Part shown: positions 24,929 to 37,983 of the stretch, one piece after another
Layout: every line of letters begins with the position of its first letter
Numbering within the stretch: position 1 is the first letter of the stretch
DNA from: Utricularia gibba
Lineage: Eukaryota > Plantae > Magnoliophyta
Direction of reading: 5' to 3'
NCBI GenBank assembly: GCA_002189035.1
Contig: NEEC01000021.1
Span: 1,364,001 to 1,428,000 of the forward strand
Length of the DNA: 64,000 nt
Translations under genes and position numbers: made by a program
The notes under the pieces: generated by a model
Database searches by the model: none
What the model was told of the DNA's origin: nothing
Seen by the model: only the letters and a program-made list of their open reading frames with translations

Positions 24929-25410
24929 AGGCAGAGCCATCAATTGTGAGAATCTTACTCTTGAGCTTCTTCAAGTTTGTTTGGTACAATTGCAATTTTA
25001 ATAAAAGTATTCATAGAAGTGATTCTTGAACATATTCGTTAATTCTACATCACAGAGGTCGATGAAGTGCTACTTGTTCATCCATGTGCCTCTGCCTTGT
25101 GATGTTAATAATTGCATCCTCCTGTTTTTTGAGCAACATATTTTGTATTGAATTTTATTGTTTTTTTCAATTAATTTTGTGGTTTAATTTATTATAAAAA
25201 TAAAAAGAATGGTTTGCATTTAATATTTGTAAATTTAGATTTTTTAATAAAATTTTTAAATCAAATTTAAAAATTAATTAATTAATCAACGGATCTGTTT
25301 TAAAGAAAGAGATTAATTAATGCAAAGATGCTGATTAAGCCGACACCTTAGAAGAAGAAGTGCGCGTTTGATTGTTTTAGCTTTCTTCGCACGAAATCTG
25401 ATGATGAGTG

Positions 25411-27405
25411 ATGGCGGCGGTGTGGCAGTGGGAGAACGCGGTTGCCGGATGCGCGGCCGGACTCGCCACAGTCACATTTACCCAACCACTCGACGTCGTT
25501 CGCACTCGATTCCAAGGTTTCTTTTTGATGATTAACAAGGATTTGCGTTTACAGTTGTTTTTAGATTGTGCATTGTTTGCTGCTTTTGATTCAGTGAACG
25601 ATGGGCGAACGTCGATTGTGCCTTCGTATAAGAGCACTCCCCAGGCGCTTCTTACCATCGCGCGGACTGAGGTTTGTAGTAGGAGTTTTGACTCCTGGTA
25701 TATGCTTTTTTCTCTTGAAATTGGTATTATTTTTCCATGTTTTGTGCGATGATCGATTTCAGGGTTATATTCAGTGTTTTTTTTAACTTCAGGGTGTTAG
25801 AGGGCTATATGCTGGATTTTACCCTGCTGTTTTTGGATCAACTGTGTCATGGGGTTTATATTTCTTCTTGTACGCATCACTACCATATCTTCCTGTTTTT
25901 GTTTTATGCTGAACAATTTTGTATGCACGTTTTTTTCTTACTGTTTGACATGATTATGCAGCTATAGCAATGCGAAGCAACGGTATTTGAAAAGTAGAGA
26001 AGTGTTGAGCCCTGTTCTTCATCTTGCATCAGCTGCTGAGGCGGGAGGCTTGGTCAGTTTTTATGCTTTTTGTTGCAGTTCTATTTTGAACCTTCTATTG
26101 TATGAGCCATAAGCATCGGTTGAACACCTTATATGATATATTTGTTCACCTCCGCATGCGGTTGTCTAGGTATGCCTTTGCACAAATCCTGTTTGGCTTG
26201 TCAAAACAAGGTTACAACTCCAAACTCCGCTCCAAGCACGCCCATATTCTGGTTTCCGCGGTATGCATTAATCTCTTACTCAGATACTTAGGTAGTCTTG
26301 CGTTCTGTTCACTTGAGATAGCGTCAGTTCCAAATTCATGTTATTGCACATGTTTTCTAGCGATAAATTTTGCTTCTGCTTACTTCAGATGCTTTCACTA
26401 CCATATTGAAAGAAGAGGGATGGAGGGCTCTTTACAAAGGAATCGTACCTGGACTTGTTCTAGTTGAGATCTTTCATTTTTTCAATATGTGTATCTTGTA
26501 TAACTTAGCATACGGTTTTCTCATATATGATTCGAATATAATGTAATTGGGGCGTTTCAGCAGGTTACCCACGGAGCAATACAGTTTACAGCATACGAAG
26601 AACTTCGTAAAGTTTTCATAACATTCCGAACTGGAGCAACAGCTCTACATTCTGCACATTCTGATAATTCATTGGTAGGTTCTTGAAACATTACATCAAA
26701 AATTGTCTTTCTGTAGGATCATTCATACTATGATGCCCATAGTCTTGTTCTGTGCTAACCATAATCTGTTTGCCTCAAAGCCTTTACCCTGAATTGCATT
26801 TGTCTACAGGATTCATTTGATTTCGCCATCTTAGGTGCTTCTTCCAAATTCTCTGCCATTGCTTTAACATATCCTTTTCAGGTCACTCCCATTTCTGAGT
26901 GTTATAATCATCAGTACTAACAATCTTCTAACTCCACTAATGATCCCCTTGTTTCCCAAACTTGGCAGGTGATTAGAGCTAGATTGCAGGTAATGGTAAA
27001 TATTTTATTTGATACAAAATGTACATTCCCTCTATTCTAATCAGTGTTCAATCCAATGCGCAGCAACGCCCCAGCGTTCAGGGCATACCAAAATACATGG
27101 ATAGTTGGCATGTCATCAAGGAAACAGCAAGGTTAGCCTGAAAGGGATCTAATGCAGCATTCCTTTTTCAGAACCTTGCTTGTTGCTTCAATGATGGCAA
27201 ACCATAGTTCAGTACCAATGACGATAGCGCCACCGACACATTCTGATGAAGTGGTTTGCGTTTCCACAGATTTGAAGGGTTACGAGGCTTCTATAAAGGG
27301 ATCACAGCAAGTGTGCTGAAAAATGCACCTGCTGCTTCGATTACATTCATTGTCTACGAGAATGTGCTCAACACACTGAAGTTTGCCAGAAACAGGGATT
27401 TATGA
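25411..27405 (+). CDS. FOLT1: Folate transporter 1 (mitochondrial carrier family, SLC25A32-like); 10 coding exons
   Basis: MAAVWQWENAVAG...PLDVVRTRFQ, LCTNPVWLVKTRLQLQTP, TYPFQVIRARLQQRP, EGLRGFYKG and ITFIVYENVL; three mitochondrial-carrier signature repeats; stop TGA at 27403-27405. Confidence 0.93.
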
Positions 27406-27416
27406 GGGCTTAATCC

Positions 27417-30400
27417 TCATTGGCGAGATTGCAGGTATGAGGAAAGCCTCTCACGCTCCATTCTGGTTGCTTCCAACTCTTTCTCCAGTTGTTTAACCTG
27501 CTTAGGTTTTTCCACAGCCAATTAAAGCATATATCAGACGTGAGCTTGAAGATCAACAAAAGATGATTGGATGCAAATTCTACCTTTTTCTCCTTGTCAT
27601 CACACCTTTTCTTCAACTGCTCGCACCTGAGGTTTGATTAGAGATGATAAAGCACATGCGGAACAAAACCGACAAGGCGACACAAGTAGAAACTGAAACT
27701 GAAAAACTACGACAGATCCAGATGAATGTTGTACCTCATGAAGAGCACAAGGTTTTCATTTTCTCCACATATCTGATCATGTGGCCTGTTGTCTCGAGAC
27801 TTGTCAGTATGAGAGCCCTGTTAAAAGCCCTCTGTTAGACAAGGGAATGCCAGCAAAACAAAACTAAACAATATCAAAAGGGAATCAGCATTGAAAACCA
27901 TTTCGGTATTTTCTGATGCTGCATGAGCAGCAGTTCCAGTCTTGTGACTTCCTGAAGCAACTTCATTGCAGTTGAATGTAACCATGGCTTGGTATAAGAA
28001 TGATGCAGGGAAGTTCAAAAACCCCTGCAAGAAATGAACTTACCCTCTACAGCATTGACTTGGGCATCCCGAATCCGCTGAGAGACAACCCTGCTTGCTG
28101 AAGCGGCTGGTTTGGAGTTGATTACCAAAGTCTGGCCTCTTCTAACATGAAAAAATGCCTTCTAGAAGTGGAGTTACCCGCGACTTGAGAATCATGAATC
28201 TACTGGGATACATCACTAACGCCACCAGTTCGGCATCCGACTAAGTGGGCGTAATTTTTCCTGGAAGTTGCAAGAAGTATAAGGGCATGGTCCGAGACAA
28301 GCAAGGAAAGTGCCACCCACTCGAATATCAAAGAGAATACCAGTAGTCATTAACCATTTGCTTCAATTTTGCCTCCAGCTTAATGAACAGAACTGATCTC
28401 TCAAAGTCCTGCTTGTCATGAGCAGGTTGGATGAAATTTGCCTCCAGAACTCCTGAATGCCAAGTTTATATTCAACTAAGCTCAGGAACGCAACATGCAT
28501 TATGGAAAAGGGCTGAAACATAGCTAAACAGGTGCATGCCTACAACACCACGCCCCTTGGAGGTGCCGTCCGCGGTGACTTTCCAGAAGGGCTGTAAGTA
28601 AAGTTCATAAAAAATACAATTTTGGGGGAAGTTCATACTATTCATATACAAGCACAGGGAGAACGGTTTTGAACCTTGGCTTCATGAATGCACATACTCA
28701 AATGTATCTTGTTCTTAACTTTGAGAACTAAACTTTAATCTCAGGGATTCGAAAAGGAAATAAGTCACCTTGATGAGACGATTTCTGTGGTATATATTAA
28801 ACCCATGGATGCCAAGGGCAGGAGCTTCTTTGATGAAACCAATGCAAACTTCCACAGTGATCTGCATGTCCATCAGACCATTTAAATAAGAGAACAATAG
28901 CCTAAGAGAGACCCAAGTATCCCAGAAAAGGCCCTTGAAATAATGGAATATTGTCGCAGGTTATGTATAAAGATTTGATGAAAGACCACGCGGAATGGAA
29001 TGCAGTCCAAAGATCAGTGCATCGCTTGATCACACCTACAAGTTCTCTTCCCAACCACACGCCAAAAAATTTTTTTTTTTTTGCACTGATACCACCAAGC
29101 TCTCTTCTCAAAATCAATTTCATTAGCATGTAGTGGTCACGTTCACATGACAAAAAAATAATGAATAATTCATAAAATTAACAGCATCCTGAAAAATGAA
29201 GATACCATCACTGAAGATGGAAAACAGTAAAGGATTCAATTGAAACCTCTGATGCTGGCAGTCCAACTTGAGGCCTATACGTGAGCATCTTGGAGTGTTT
29301 CAAGTTTTTCACAATGCTGAATTGGTCCACTTGTTTCCCTCTTAATAGTATGCTAAACCCTTTAAAATTTTTGAGGTACAAGAGTGACACATATGCCTGA
29401 AAAAGGATGTCTTATAATATTTCGTAAAAGCATAAATGTTGATTCTGCAGTTAAAAAAAAAAGGCATGAAATTTGATTCAAATAAAGGATGAAAGCATAC
29501 CAAAGGGAGTTAGAAACAAGTACATATTATGATAGTATGATTTCAATTGGGACTATGGCGGATCAAGAGACAATTCTTTAGCTGATTGTGTAAACATCAA
29601 ATGACTACATAAATAAATCATTCAATTTCAAGAATATAAGCACCCATCATACTCATCACCCATGGTTGGCTACTATAACATGTCATGCATAATACTTCAG
29701 TAATATGGGGGAACTTGGAGGAAATAGTATGCACACCCTGAGTGAATACCGATAGCAACAAGATATATGAGACTGCAATGCACAAACTTTTGGTGTTTTA
29801 GGAACATTTCCAAGATTAGCTTCGTCTCTCAGCATTATGTCCTGAAATAGTTCAAAATTATAAAACAATTGAGCAACTACATGAACACCAAAATGAAAAG
29901 CATTTGTGTAACAACTATACACCAAATATAGGCATGAAATTCATATCTACAGATAATGTTCACATTTTTGTACCTCTTCATCATCATCAAAATTCAATTC
30001 ATAGATGCCTTCATCATTCATCCATAGGTTATAGACTATGATTTTAGTTCCATGTGATCCAATACTGTTGAACTGGAAGTACGAAGAAAACAAGACGAGT
30101 GTAACTTCCAAAAAAAAAAGGCTTCAAAGAGAGCAAAGCCAATGGCGTGAGATCAATGAATCAAGAGTTTAGAAGAAGTTAGTGCAGGAAAACTACACCT
30201 GTAACAGCAAATCCGTCGTTGAAGAAAAGGGGGACCATTCAAGTATTGTTTTCAAGTTAGAGGACCAACAAGCCTTAGCCTTGGAGCCATAAATTTTTGG
30301 CTCAGCCTGAGTTCCATGCAAATCAAAGTCTATCTGTGGAATGTCACGAGATGAAAAAGCATTCAAGATTCACAAGGTGAACGCTAGAGGATAAGAAGTC

Positions 30401-32206
30401 CAGATTAAGATAAAAATCTACCACAGGAATAATCACATCATCTTTTGAAGTTCTTCTCAACATTGTGTATGACAAAAGCCCAATACTTTGCGTTGGTTGG
30501 CTGAAAAGTGTAACAATACAGACTTAAGAAACGAAGAACTGGTGTCACTAAACAAAATTATACAAGAAGAAACTAAAAAAGATGTTCAGATTTTCAGTCT
30601 GGATGTATATACTATCAGCATATGTTGAACTTAGCTTCTAACAATCCATAAAGAAATGCGAAGACCTAATGAGTCTATATAATGCTGCAACAGAGAAAAT
30701 GTACCCTGATCGTGATGAACGGCTGAACACAATTACATCAGCCCCAAGACGCATGGTGCTTGTTTTGAATCCATTACCATCTGGGATTCGAATATCAATC
30801 ATAAATACATGACATTAAGAAAAAGGTATCCTTCTTATGGTCATTCATTTGCAAAGGTAAAATAGAAAAGTAAAATGACGATATATGTAGTTCATGAAGG
30901 GGTTAAAGGGGCTATTGGTGCACAGATCTATCCACATCCTTAGTGGGAATTGATAACTTTCAAGCATCAGTGTCCAAATAGCTCAGAGATCTATTCCAGA
31001 AACAATTTATAGTATTGTCCAGCAGAAAGGAGATCTGATGGTGTGATAAGAATAGCAGGAAATAAGTTACACTGCCCGATAGCTGTGTTTGACTGCTTTG
31101 ATGAGTACCCCAAGCTCATGCATTTACGCAAGGACTCTGGATCCATTCCACCACCATCATCTACAAACATGGACGTCCTGTCGAGATCATGTGAACTGAG
31201 ATAGAAAAACTAAAAGAAAATGTTAAAATATATAAACCTTCAAAAAGTAATGCAGGAGAATTCGTCCTTTCATTAAGGATCCTGTCAACCCTTACAAAAG
31301 TTGCACCATTGTCTATCTAGCTCAAGAAAGATGTCAACATAGACCAGATACAAAATAACTAACACGCATTTATGAAAGAGAAACATAACAAGGATAACTC
31401 CAAAAAAAAGTCTGGCATGCTAGACAAGAATGAGTGTTGTTTTCAGATGATAAGAATGAGTGTTGTTTTCAGATGATACCAAACCTAAAAACTACAAAGG
31501 AATTCAATATTATGGTCAGAGAAAATAAAAATAGATGTGGGTGAATCACAAAAATCACATGCAAATGTCAATATCAACTGGCTCTCCAATAGTGTCAAAT
31601 GTATTAAATCAACAAAATGTGAACCAAATCTTGAAAATGCATACGATATATATATTTTTTTTTTACCTCGTCTACTGCATTATCTAAGAGCTCCGCGATA
31701 GCTGCCAAAGAGAGGGAAAAATTGCGTTGAAGATTTTTCTAATGAAAGATGCAAAGGACAAGATGCGGGCAAGGACATGACACAAGGACACTATGGGATA
31801 TTCAATCGCTAACGATAGCAGAAGAAGACATTAACAATTCCACCAAAACATGGGGCTGCAAAAGTACACCTCCAAAGGCCCACTTGTGTGATGTAGCGTT
31901 TGAGTGTAGAAACTTAGGATGAACGCGTGCGAGCTCCAAATCCCCTGCACCTAAATGACGTGAAAAAACAATCATATATAAATAGAAAATCCATAAATTA
32001 CCAGAAAGTAACAAGGGTCAACCCGAAGTCTTCGTGAAGCTCACGGGGCCGATTTCAGAATCCCCTGCTCTCCAGAAACTCCGAGTACCAAGAGACCGAT
32101 AATCCCCCGGCACCGCATGGTCCGCACTACCGTCGCCTTCTTCATCGCTGCTGCCAAGGTCCACCACCTGGGCATCGGCAGGTACTTGCTGCTGGCGTGG
32201 CGGCAT
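27417..32206 (-). CDS. MORC: Microrchidia (MORC) GHKL ATPase, MORC1/2/3 (CRT1)-like clade, with S5 domain and C-terminal coiled coil; about 19 exons, linker exons near 28.0-28.2 kb uncertain
   Basis: [89 protein letters not shown] and GVLEANFIQPAHDKQDFERS; terminal exon VKQLEKELEATRMERERLSSYLQSRQ*. Confidence 0.9.
31426..31477. repeat. Perfect 26-bp tandem duplication in a MORC intron
   Basis: aagaatgagtgttgttttcagatgat occurs twice in tandem. Confidence 0.95.
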
Positions 32207-32489
32207 ATTCGATGCTGCACCGGGATTTCAAATTATACACAGAATGCGTTACTGCAAATTCTGGGGTGACAATCAGTGGCTTTATTTAATACAAATAAAC
32301 GAATAAAATATATTATTCATTTATTTTACATTTAAAAAACATCAATTATCAAACATAATTAATTTTATAATAAACTTATATGAGCAGATATTTTGTCTTT
32401 TCAATATTTTAAATAATTATATAAAATACGCATTATTTAAATTTTTTACTCTAAATTAGAATATTTTTTTTAAAAAAATTTACCTTTAA

Positions 32490-32491
<2 letters not shown>

Positions 32492-32543
<52 letters not shown>
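32492..32543. repeat. (AT)26 microsatellite between the MORC promoter and the 3' end of the next gene
   Basis: Perfect dinucleotide run. Confidence 0.97.
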
Positions 32544-32547
<4 letters not shown>

Positions 32548-32584
32548 ATAAAAAAAGTAACAATCTTTAGGGTAAATGAACTTT

Positions 32585-33370
32585 TTACGGTTTGTAAATA
32601 ATGAGAAAACAAGGCAACACAGCGCGTGAATCAAACACGACTAATTCGCCGCTCTTTCCACACGCAGACTCGTACGCGCCGTCGCCGACGAGCCCGTTTC
32701 CTTCAAATACCCGACCCTTGATGACCCTGCAAACCATCATCGCCCGACGCTCTGCCCCGCCGCCGGAGCTACTATTATGTGCTGCTCCGCTCCCAGCATA
32801 CGTGCGCATAGCCGTCGCTTTCGACCATGCGTCACGCCCACTATCACACGCGCCGCCGCCAGCCGTAGCGCCGAGGCAGTAGAATCGCATCACCTCGTTC
32901 CCGTCGGCGACGCACCGCCCGTCGGCCGCCCCATTCGACAGCGCCCTCGATTTCACCACCTCCCGGTACTCCTCGAACCGATTCAGGGTCCGCTTCAGAT
33001 TCTGCACCTTGAACACTAATTCAATTTGGCCCGCGAAACCCTTCTGCCCCCAGCTCGTGTGAAAGATTATCTCTACCACATTACGCGACAGGTGCCCGAC
33101 CGGGAGCTCCGTCAGCGCCGGAAATACCGATTCTCCGATCGGTTTGCAGGCGGGCAACCTGAGCGACCCGAGTCCGCTCTTAGTCCCCCGGGACGACGTC
33201 GAATCTGTGTCTTTGGGGGCTCTTCTTTTGGCGGGCTGAACGCCGTTTCCGATGCTCTGTACCTTGCTTTTGCAACTGGACGATCGGGACAATGGACGGT
33301 GGCAGTTGGAAACGACGTCGTCCGCCGCCGTGTACTTGCATTGCAGGGATTTCATCCACCTGGCCGCCAT
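32585..33370 (-). CDS. Plant uncharacterised protein with an ADP-ribosyltransferase/PARP-like C-terminal fold, intronless, about 261 aa
   Basis: MAARWMKSLQCK; LTELPVGHLSRNVVEIIFHTSW; FKVQN...RFEEYRE.VK; RC.ADGNEVMRF; RRAMMVCRVI.GRV; ELVVFDSRAVLPCFLIIY. These motifs match a plant family that often carries a C2H2 finger, which is absent here. The start at 33370 is preferred over 33508. Confidence 0.8.
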   Translation of the reverse strand: MAARWMKSLQCKYTAADDVVSNCHRPLSRSSSCKSKVQSIGNGVQPAKRRAPKDTDSTSSRGTKSGLGSLRLPACKPIGESVFPALTELPVGHLSRNVVEIIFHTSWGQKGFAGQIELVFKVQNLKRTLNRFEEYREVVKSRALSNGAADGRCVADGNEVMRFYCLGATAGGGACDSGRDAWSKATAMRTYAGSGAAHNSSSGGGAERRAMMVCRVIKGRVFEGNGLVGDGAYESACGKSGELVVFDSRAVLPCFLIIYKP

Positions 33371-36300
33371 TTTCACCGGCGAAGAAAAAAGACGAAGACT
33401 TTTCCCTTCAGGAAGAATCAAGAAAGCAACGCGAACGGAGAGAGAACATGTGTCTTGTATCACTTCACTGGGCAGGAAGGTAGATAAAAGGGGAAGAAAG
33501 CACCGCAATTACCATAATACCCTTCACGAATTTTTCATCGAATTTCATTAACTATTATATTAAAAAAATTGGTAAATAGTATCAACACGTTTCCAATGTG
33601 GTTGCTTCAATTTCAAATTAATATTTCTTGAAAAAAAATTGGAATTTAATGATGATTGCATGCGCATTTAGTTACTCCGACCAGGGATCCGGGATTCGGT
33701 CCGAACCAGCCAAAATCTGCATCCGATACAAACAAAACACCGTTGCAGAGTGAATTGACCATTTTGGTCCCCCAACCCAACCAAACAACAATGTTTCCTA
33801 TCCAATTATCCACTGACACCCGCAGGGACAAACGTGTCATTAAAACATGCCTTCCGACCCGACCCGGTTGATTTGTGTTCATGAACATAATTTGTAAAAT
33901 ATTTAAATAACTATTCTTTTATCTTGCTTTTTCAAAACTCTTAATGAACCAAAAGTTTCAAGATCTCGATATGAATCATTTTTACTACATAAGTTTTCTT
34001 TTAAATTTATTTTAATCATATTTATTAATAAAATATTATTCTAAACATATATGTATAAAGCCTATGTATTAAACAATACTATACTAATATATTTAAATAT
34101 AAATGATTTAAATATATTATTAATTAAACTATTCAACAAATGACCGTTGAATTGCTTGAAAATTACCAATGAAATTGAGAAGTCAGCCTTCTTAAAAAAT
34201 TGACTAATTTTGAAATGGGAAGGTACAGCATTATAATCCATAATTATGAATACATTATTATTTAAATGTGGAATAATAGGATCATAGTTTGAAAAAAAAA
34301 ATCAATGTTTATTCCCCGAAATTTCGGATTTCGGATTTCTTTCGAAATGAAATATTTCCAAAATCTATCAGAAAGTTCGTGTTTCGAATCACATTCAAAA
34401 TCCGAAATTTTTACGAAATTCAAACAGATAAACAACACCAAGGTCAAACCTTAGGAGGAAACTAGGGTTTGTGTCCACTCTATTATGGTTGAAAGTATTG
34501 AATGCCCTTCAAGGCAATCTTTCACCTTCCCATTCAAATAAACCGGGTTTTTTTTTTTTTTACATTTTCTTTTGTTTATGGCATTAAAATCAATCAGCCC
34601 GTTTTCAATATTATTGATCCATTATTTATAGGAAAAGGAACTTTAGGTTGAAGTGTTATTTATTAATGTATTTATAAGCATAAATGTGACTCACATAATG
34701 AAAACGTAGTATGGATAACATCATTTTAAACGTTTTTGCATTTCATATTGAAGTTTAGAGTTTAGGGTTTAAGGTATGGATAAGACTTCAAACGTATATG
34801 TTTGAAGTATTTTATGTGTCATGTTGGTATTTCGGATTTGGGGTTTAAAGTTTGATTTTTATAAAATGGTAATATGGGTAAGATTCGTTTGTGGTGTATT
34901 TAGTATATTTAATTTTTTTAATTATATATTTTAGGATGAAATATGATTTACACATTTAAATTTAAAACACGTTTGATAAATGAATTTAAGTATTTTATTT
35001 TATTTTCAATAAAGAAGTATATAAAGTTTAAATTTATCAAATGTTAATGTTAAATTTAACTATTGATTTAATTGAAAATGACTTATCAAACACTCATATT
35101 AAATAAAATTTTCTCAAAATAAATCCAAAATCATGCACCAAACATCCCCAGTTTAACATTTATAGCATATGAATTTTTGGGGACAATTTGGACATTTCCG
35201 TTGATTCTATGCAGACAACACCAAAATTAAGGTCATTTGGATTTGTTCTTACAGTTGAATGTCCGTGCAATTCCCTTCGTTCATGAATGTCGCCGGTTCT
35301 GCCAATTCCAAGTGCACAGATCCGAAAATGCTCTATCGAGGCGCTCGTGTCGTGGGTAACTGGTAACCGATGCAGTGAGGGTATCGGCCGATGCATTGGG
35401 CAGTGAATTGAGTAGAAATTGGTTTAACGAGAAGGAAGAAGACAGCAATGCACACGCCTCAGAGGAGCCAATTGAGGGGTGGGGAACACAGCGTGCTTTC
35501 ATTTTCGCATGATTCTGGGGAAGTTAATTGGTTTCAAGACTGTAGAAAGCAATCTACGCGAAAGCTGATGAGATATCCGAATGATTGCAAAAGTCCTCGT
35601 CATAAATGACACTTTTAAAATGAATCATGAGTCTGTCATCGCTTCAGTGTGTCTTGTTCGGTGTTTTTACTCTCATCTTTGAATGGGAGAACGGGATACA
35701 GCAGGCGGATATGGGTGGGAAATGGGAATGTTAATGAAGATTTGATTTTTTTTAAGAACTTTCTCTAATGGAGTTTTGTTGATGGGGCTGCGACTGATAC
35801 TATGTCGTTGTACTCAAAACACTGGGGCAGCGGAGCCAGCCCAAAACAACAGGCTATTCCCTACCAGCTCACATCTGCAGACAAAGTTTAACCGCCAAAA
35901 TTGAGAAAGGGGACAAATTTAAGCAGCAATTGGAAACCGAGTGAAGGAAAGGTTGTTTGTCGTATAAAGAACAGACTTGTATTATAACGACAGGGGTCTG
36001 GTTAAGGTAATCAACATTAGTTATCATACGTGTTTAAATAAAAGAATTCTTTTAATTTTATATGAAATTTTTTTTCAAAAATAAAAAAACGTAAAATCAT
36101 GTGAGTTGAATATTCGAAATGAACAATATTGTATACAATGAGTATAACTGATATTTGATATTAGAATTAAAATTAAGTATATGTCAATTGTGGGATGAGA
36201 TGGAATTTAATGAAAACCTCGAATATCTAAAAAAATGAAGAATATGATACTATGAATCTTATTATGACATTTTATATTAATTACAAATGAGAAAAAATAT

Positions 36301-37983
36301 GATTAAATAGAAAAATACTCTTAATTTTATATAATGATTTTTTAAAAAATTATTTAAAATATAAAATTATGAAAATTAAATATTCGTTGATGGGTACATA
36401 TGCTGCATTGAACCACTTCACTCTTTTCATTCTCTATTTGGTCCTTGATTGAGTGAAGGATTTGGGAAATCTGGTACGTACTTTGCGTGCAAGAAAAAGT
36501 TAACCTTAGTATCGTTCCTGCCCGAAGATTGGGTAATGTTTCGCTCGGTGTTAGCGGGTGTTGTAGTTTGCTTTCTAGAGACCACGCTACATGGATAGAG
36601 ATTCGATTCATGGTTTCTTTGACTATGCACCTCTTTTTGTATGCGATTTCTGGCTCAACTGAAGGCTGACTCGTAGTTTCTTTTGAATTGAATTCTTCAG
36701 TCTTCTCACTGTGAAGCGAAAACTGAAACAGAGATTGCAGTTTCGTGAAATGTCTTTGTATGGATGCAGATATATCCTCCCCCGACGGAAATCTTTGCTG
36801 CTAATAGTCAGATAAAGAGCAAGGAGCTTGGATACATGCTCTGATTTTAGTGAAAAAATTGTTTCCCTTTGAGGAAACACGCTATAAATGCTCCACTTTT
36901 GAAGTTGTCAGTGTGAACTGAAAGGCTGAAGCAGCGTTAGCTCAAGCTCAAGGATGTTGTTGGCGATTGGCCCCCTGTCAAAGAGTCTGAGATCATGCCT
37001 GTACACTACTACTAGAAACTTGATTTTAATTTGATGGGTGTTTGATTTTCTCTGTGATGGTCGAGTGGCAGTGCTGAATCTCTGAAGACCCCTACTCGGA
37101 TCATGAATTTTAGATGGAAACAGCATGCAAGTTGCTTGTCTGATTGATTTTTGTCCATATAACCTGTAAACAGGCAGCGATCACCATTACTGCTTGTCAT
37201 GTTAGTTGCAGTTCTCTCAAGATTCTTCCTGGAGCCTGAAGTTTCAAGACATGGAGAGTAGATGAGATGAGGGAAGACACTGCAGGAGGATGGTTTGTTG
37301 ATCAAAATATGGATTCTGGATTAGGAGGTTTGTGCAATGTGGATGATGAGGTGATACCAGAGAGTCAAACAGGTAACAAGGCAAAGGCAGAGATGAACTC
37401 AGTGGCCCTTGAAGGCGTTTATCCAATGGAAAAGGAAAACATTGGTAAGAACCTTACACTCATTTGCCTTCCTCGGTTCCTGTCTAGCTTAAGGATGATG
37501 GAAAGAACATAGTATATCCTATTTTATTTAGATTCACATATATTTATTATGATTTTATGATTTTTTATATAAAATTAAAATGATATTTTAAAAAAATATT
37601 TATATAAAATTAAAGAAAACTTATATATATAAACTATCACCCCTACTTACACTCTTTTTTTATATGAGCCTCTTTATATTCTTCATTATTTTAGCTATTT
37701 AGTGTCGTGGTTGAGTCTGTATGTGTGAGTGTTGACATCATTCAACTAACAGTTTCAAATTATGTAATTTTATAAATATTCTAAAAATTCGAAATAATTT
37801 TGTAAAATTAAATGAATAATTATAATAATAATGTATTTTGCCACGACCCCACGACATCTACATAGAAACAAATTGTCTGAATAAATCTAAAAGGAGAAGG
37901 ATCGGGATATGCTCCGTACAGTGGCCACGTGGAAGCGTATTATTATTACAAACAACGAACGCTGTTAGCCAGACAAAACACTC

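Noticed and set aside
27999-28045. GTAAGTTCATTTCTTGCAG (minus strand) looks like a 19-nt micro-intron in MORC
   Set aside because: Too short for the spliceosome; the donor joins in phase to a further acceptor near 27952.
34320-34409. 12-bp inverted repeat aatttcggattt/aaatccgaaatt as a MITE
   Set aside because: No TSD or terminal structure is evident, and low-complexity ttcgga repeats can explain it.
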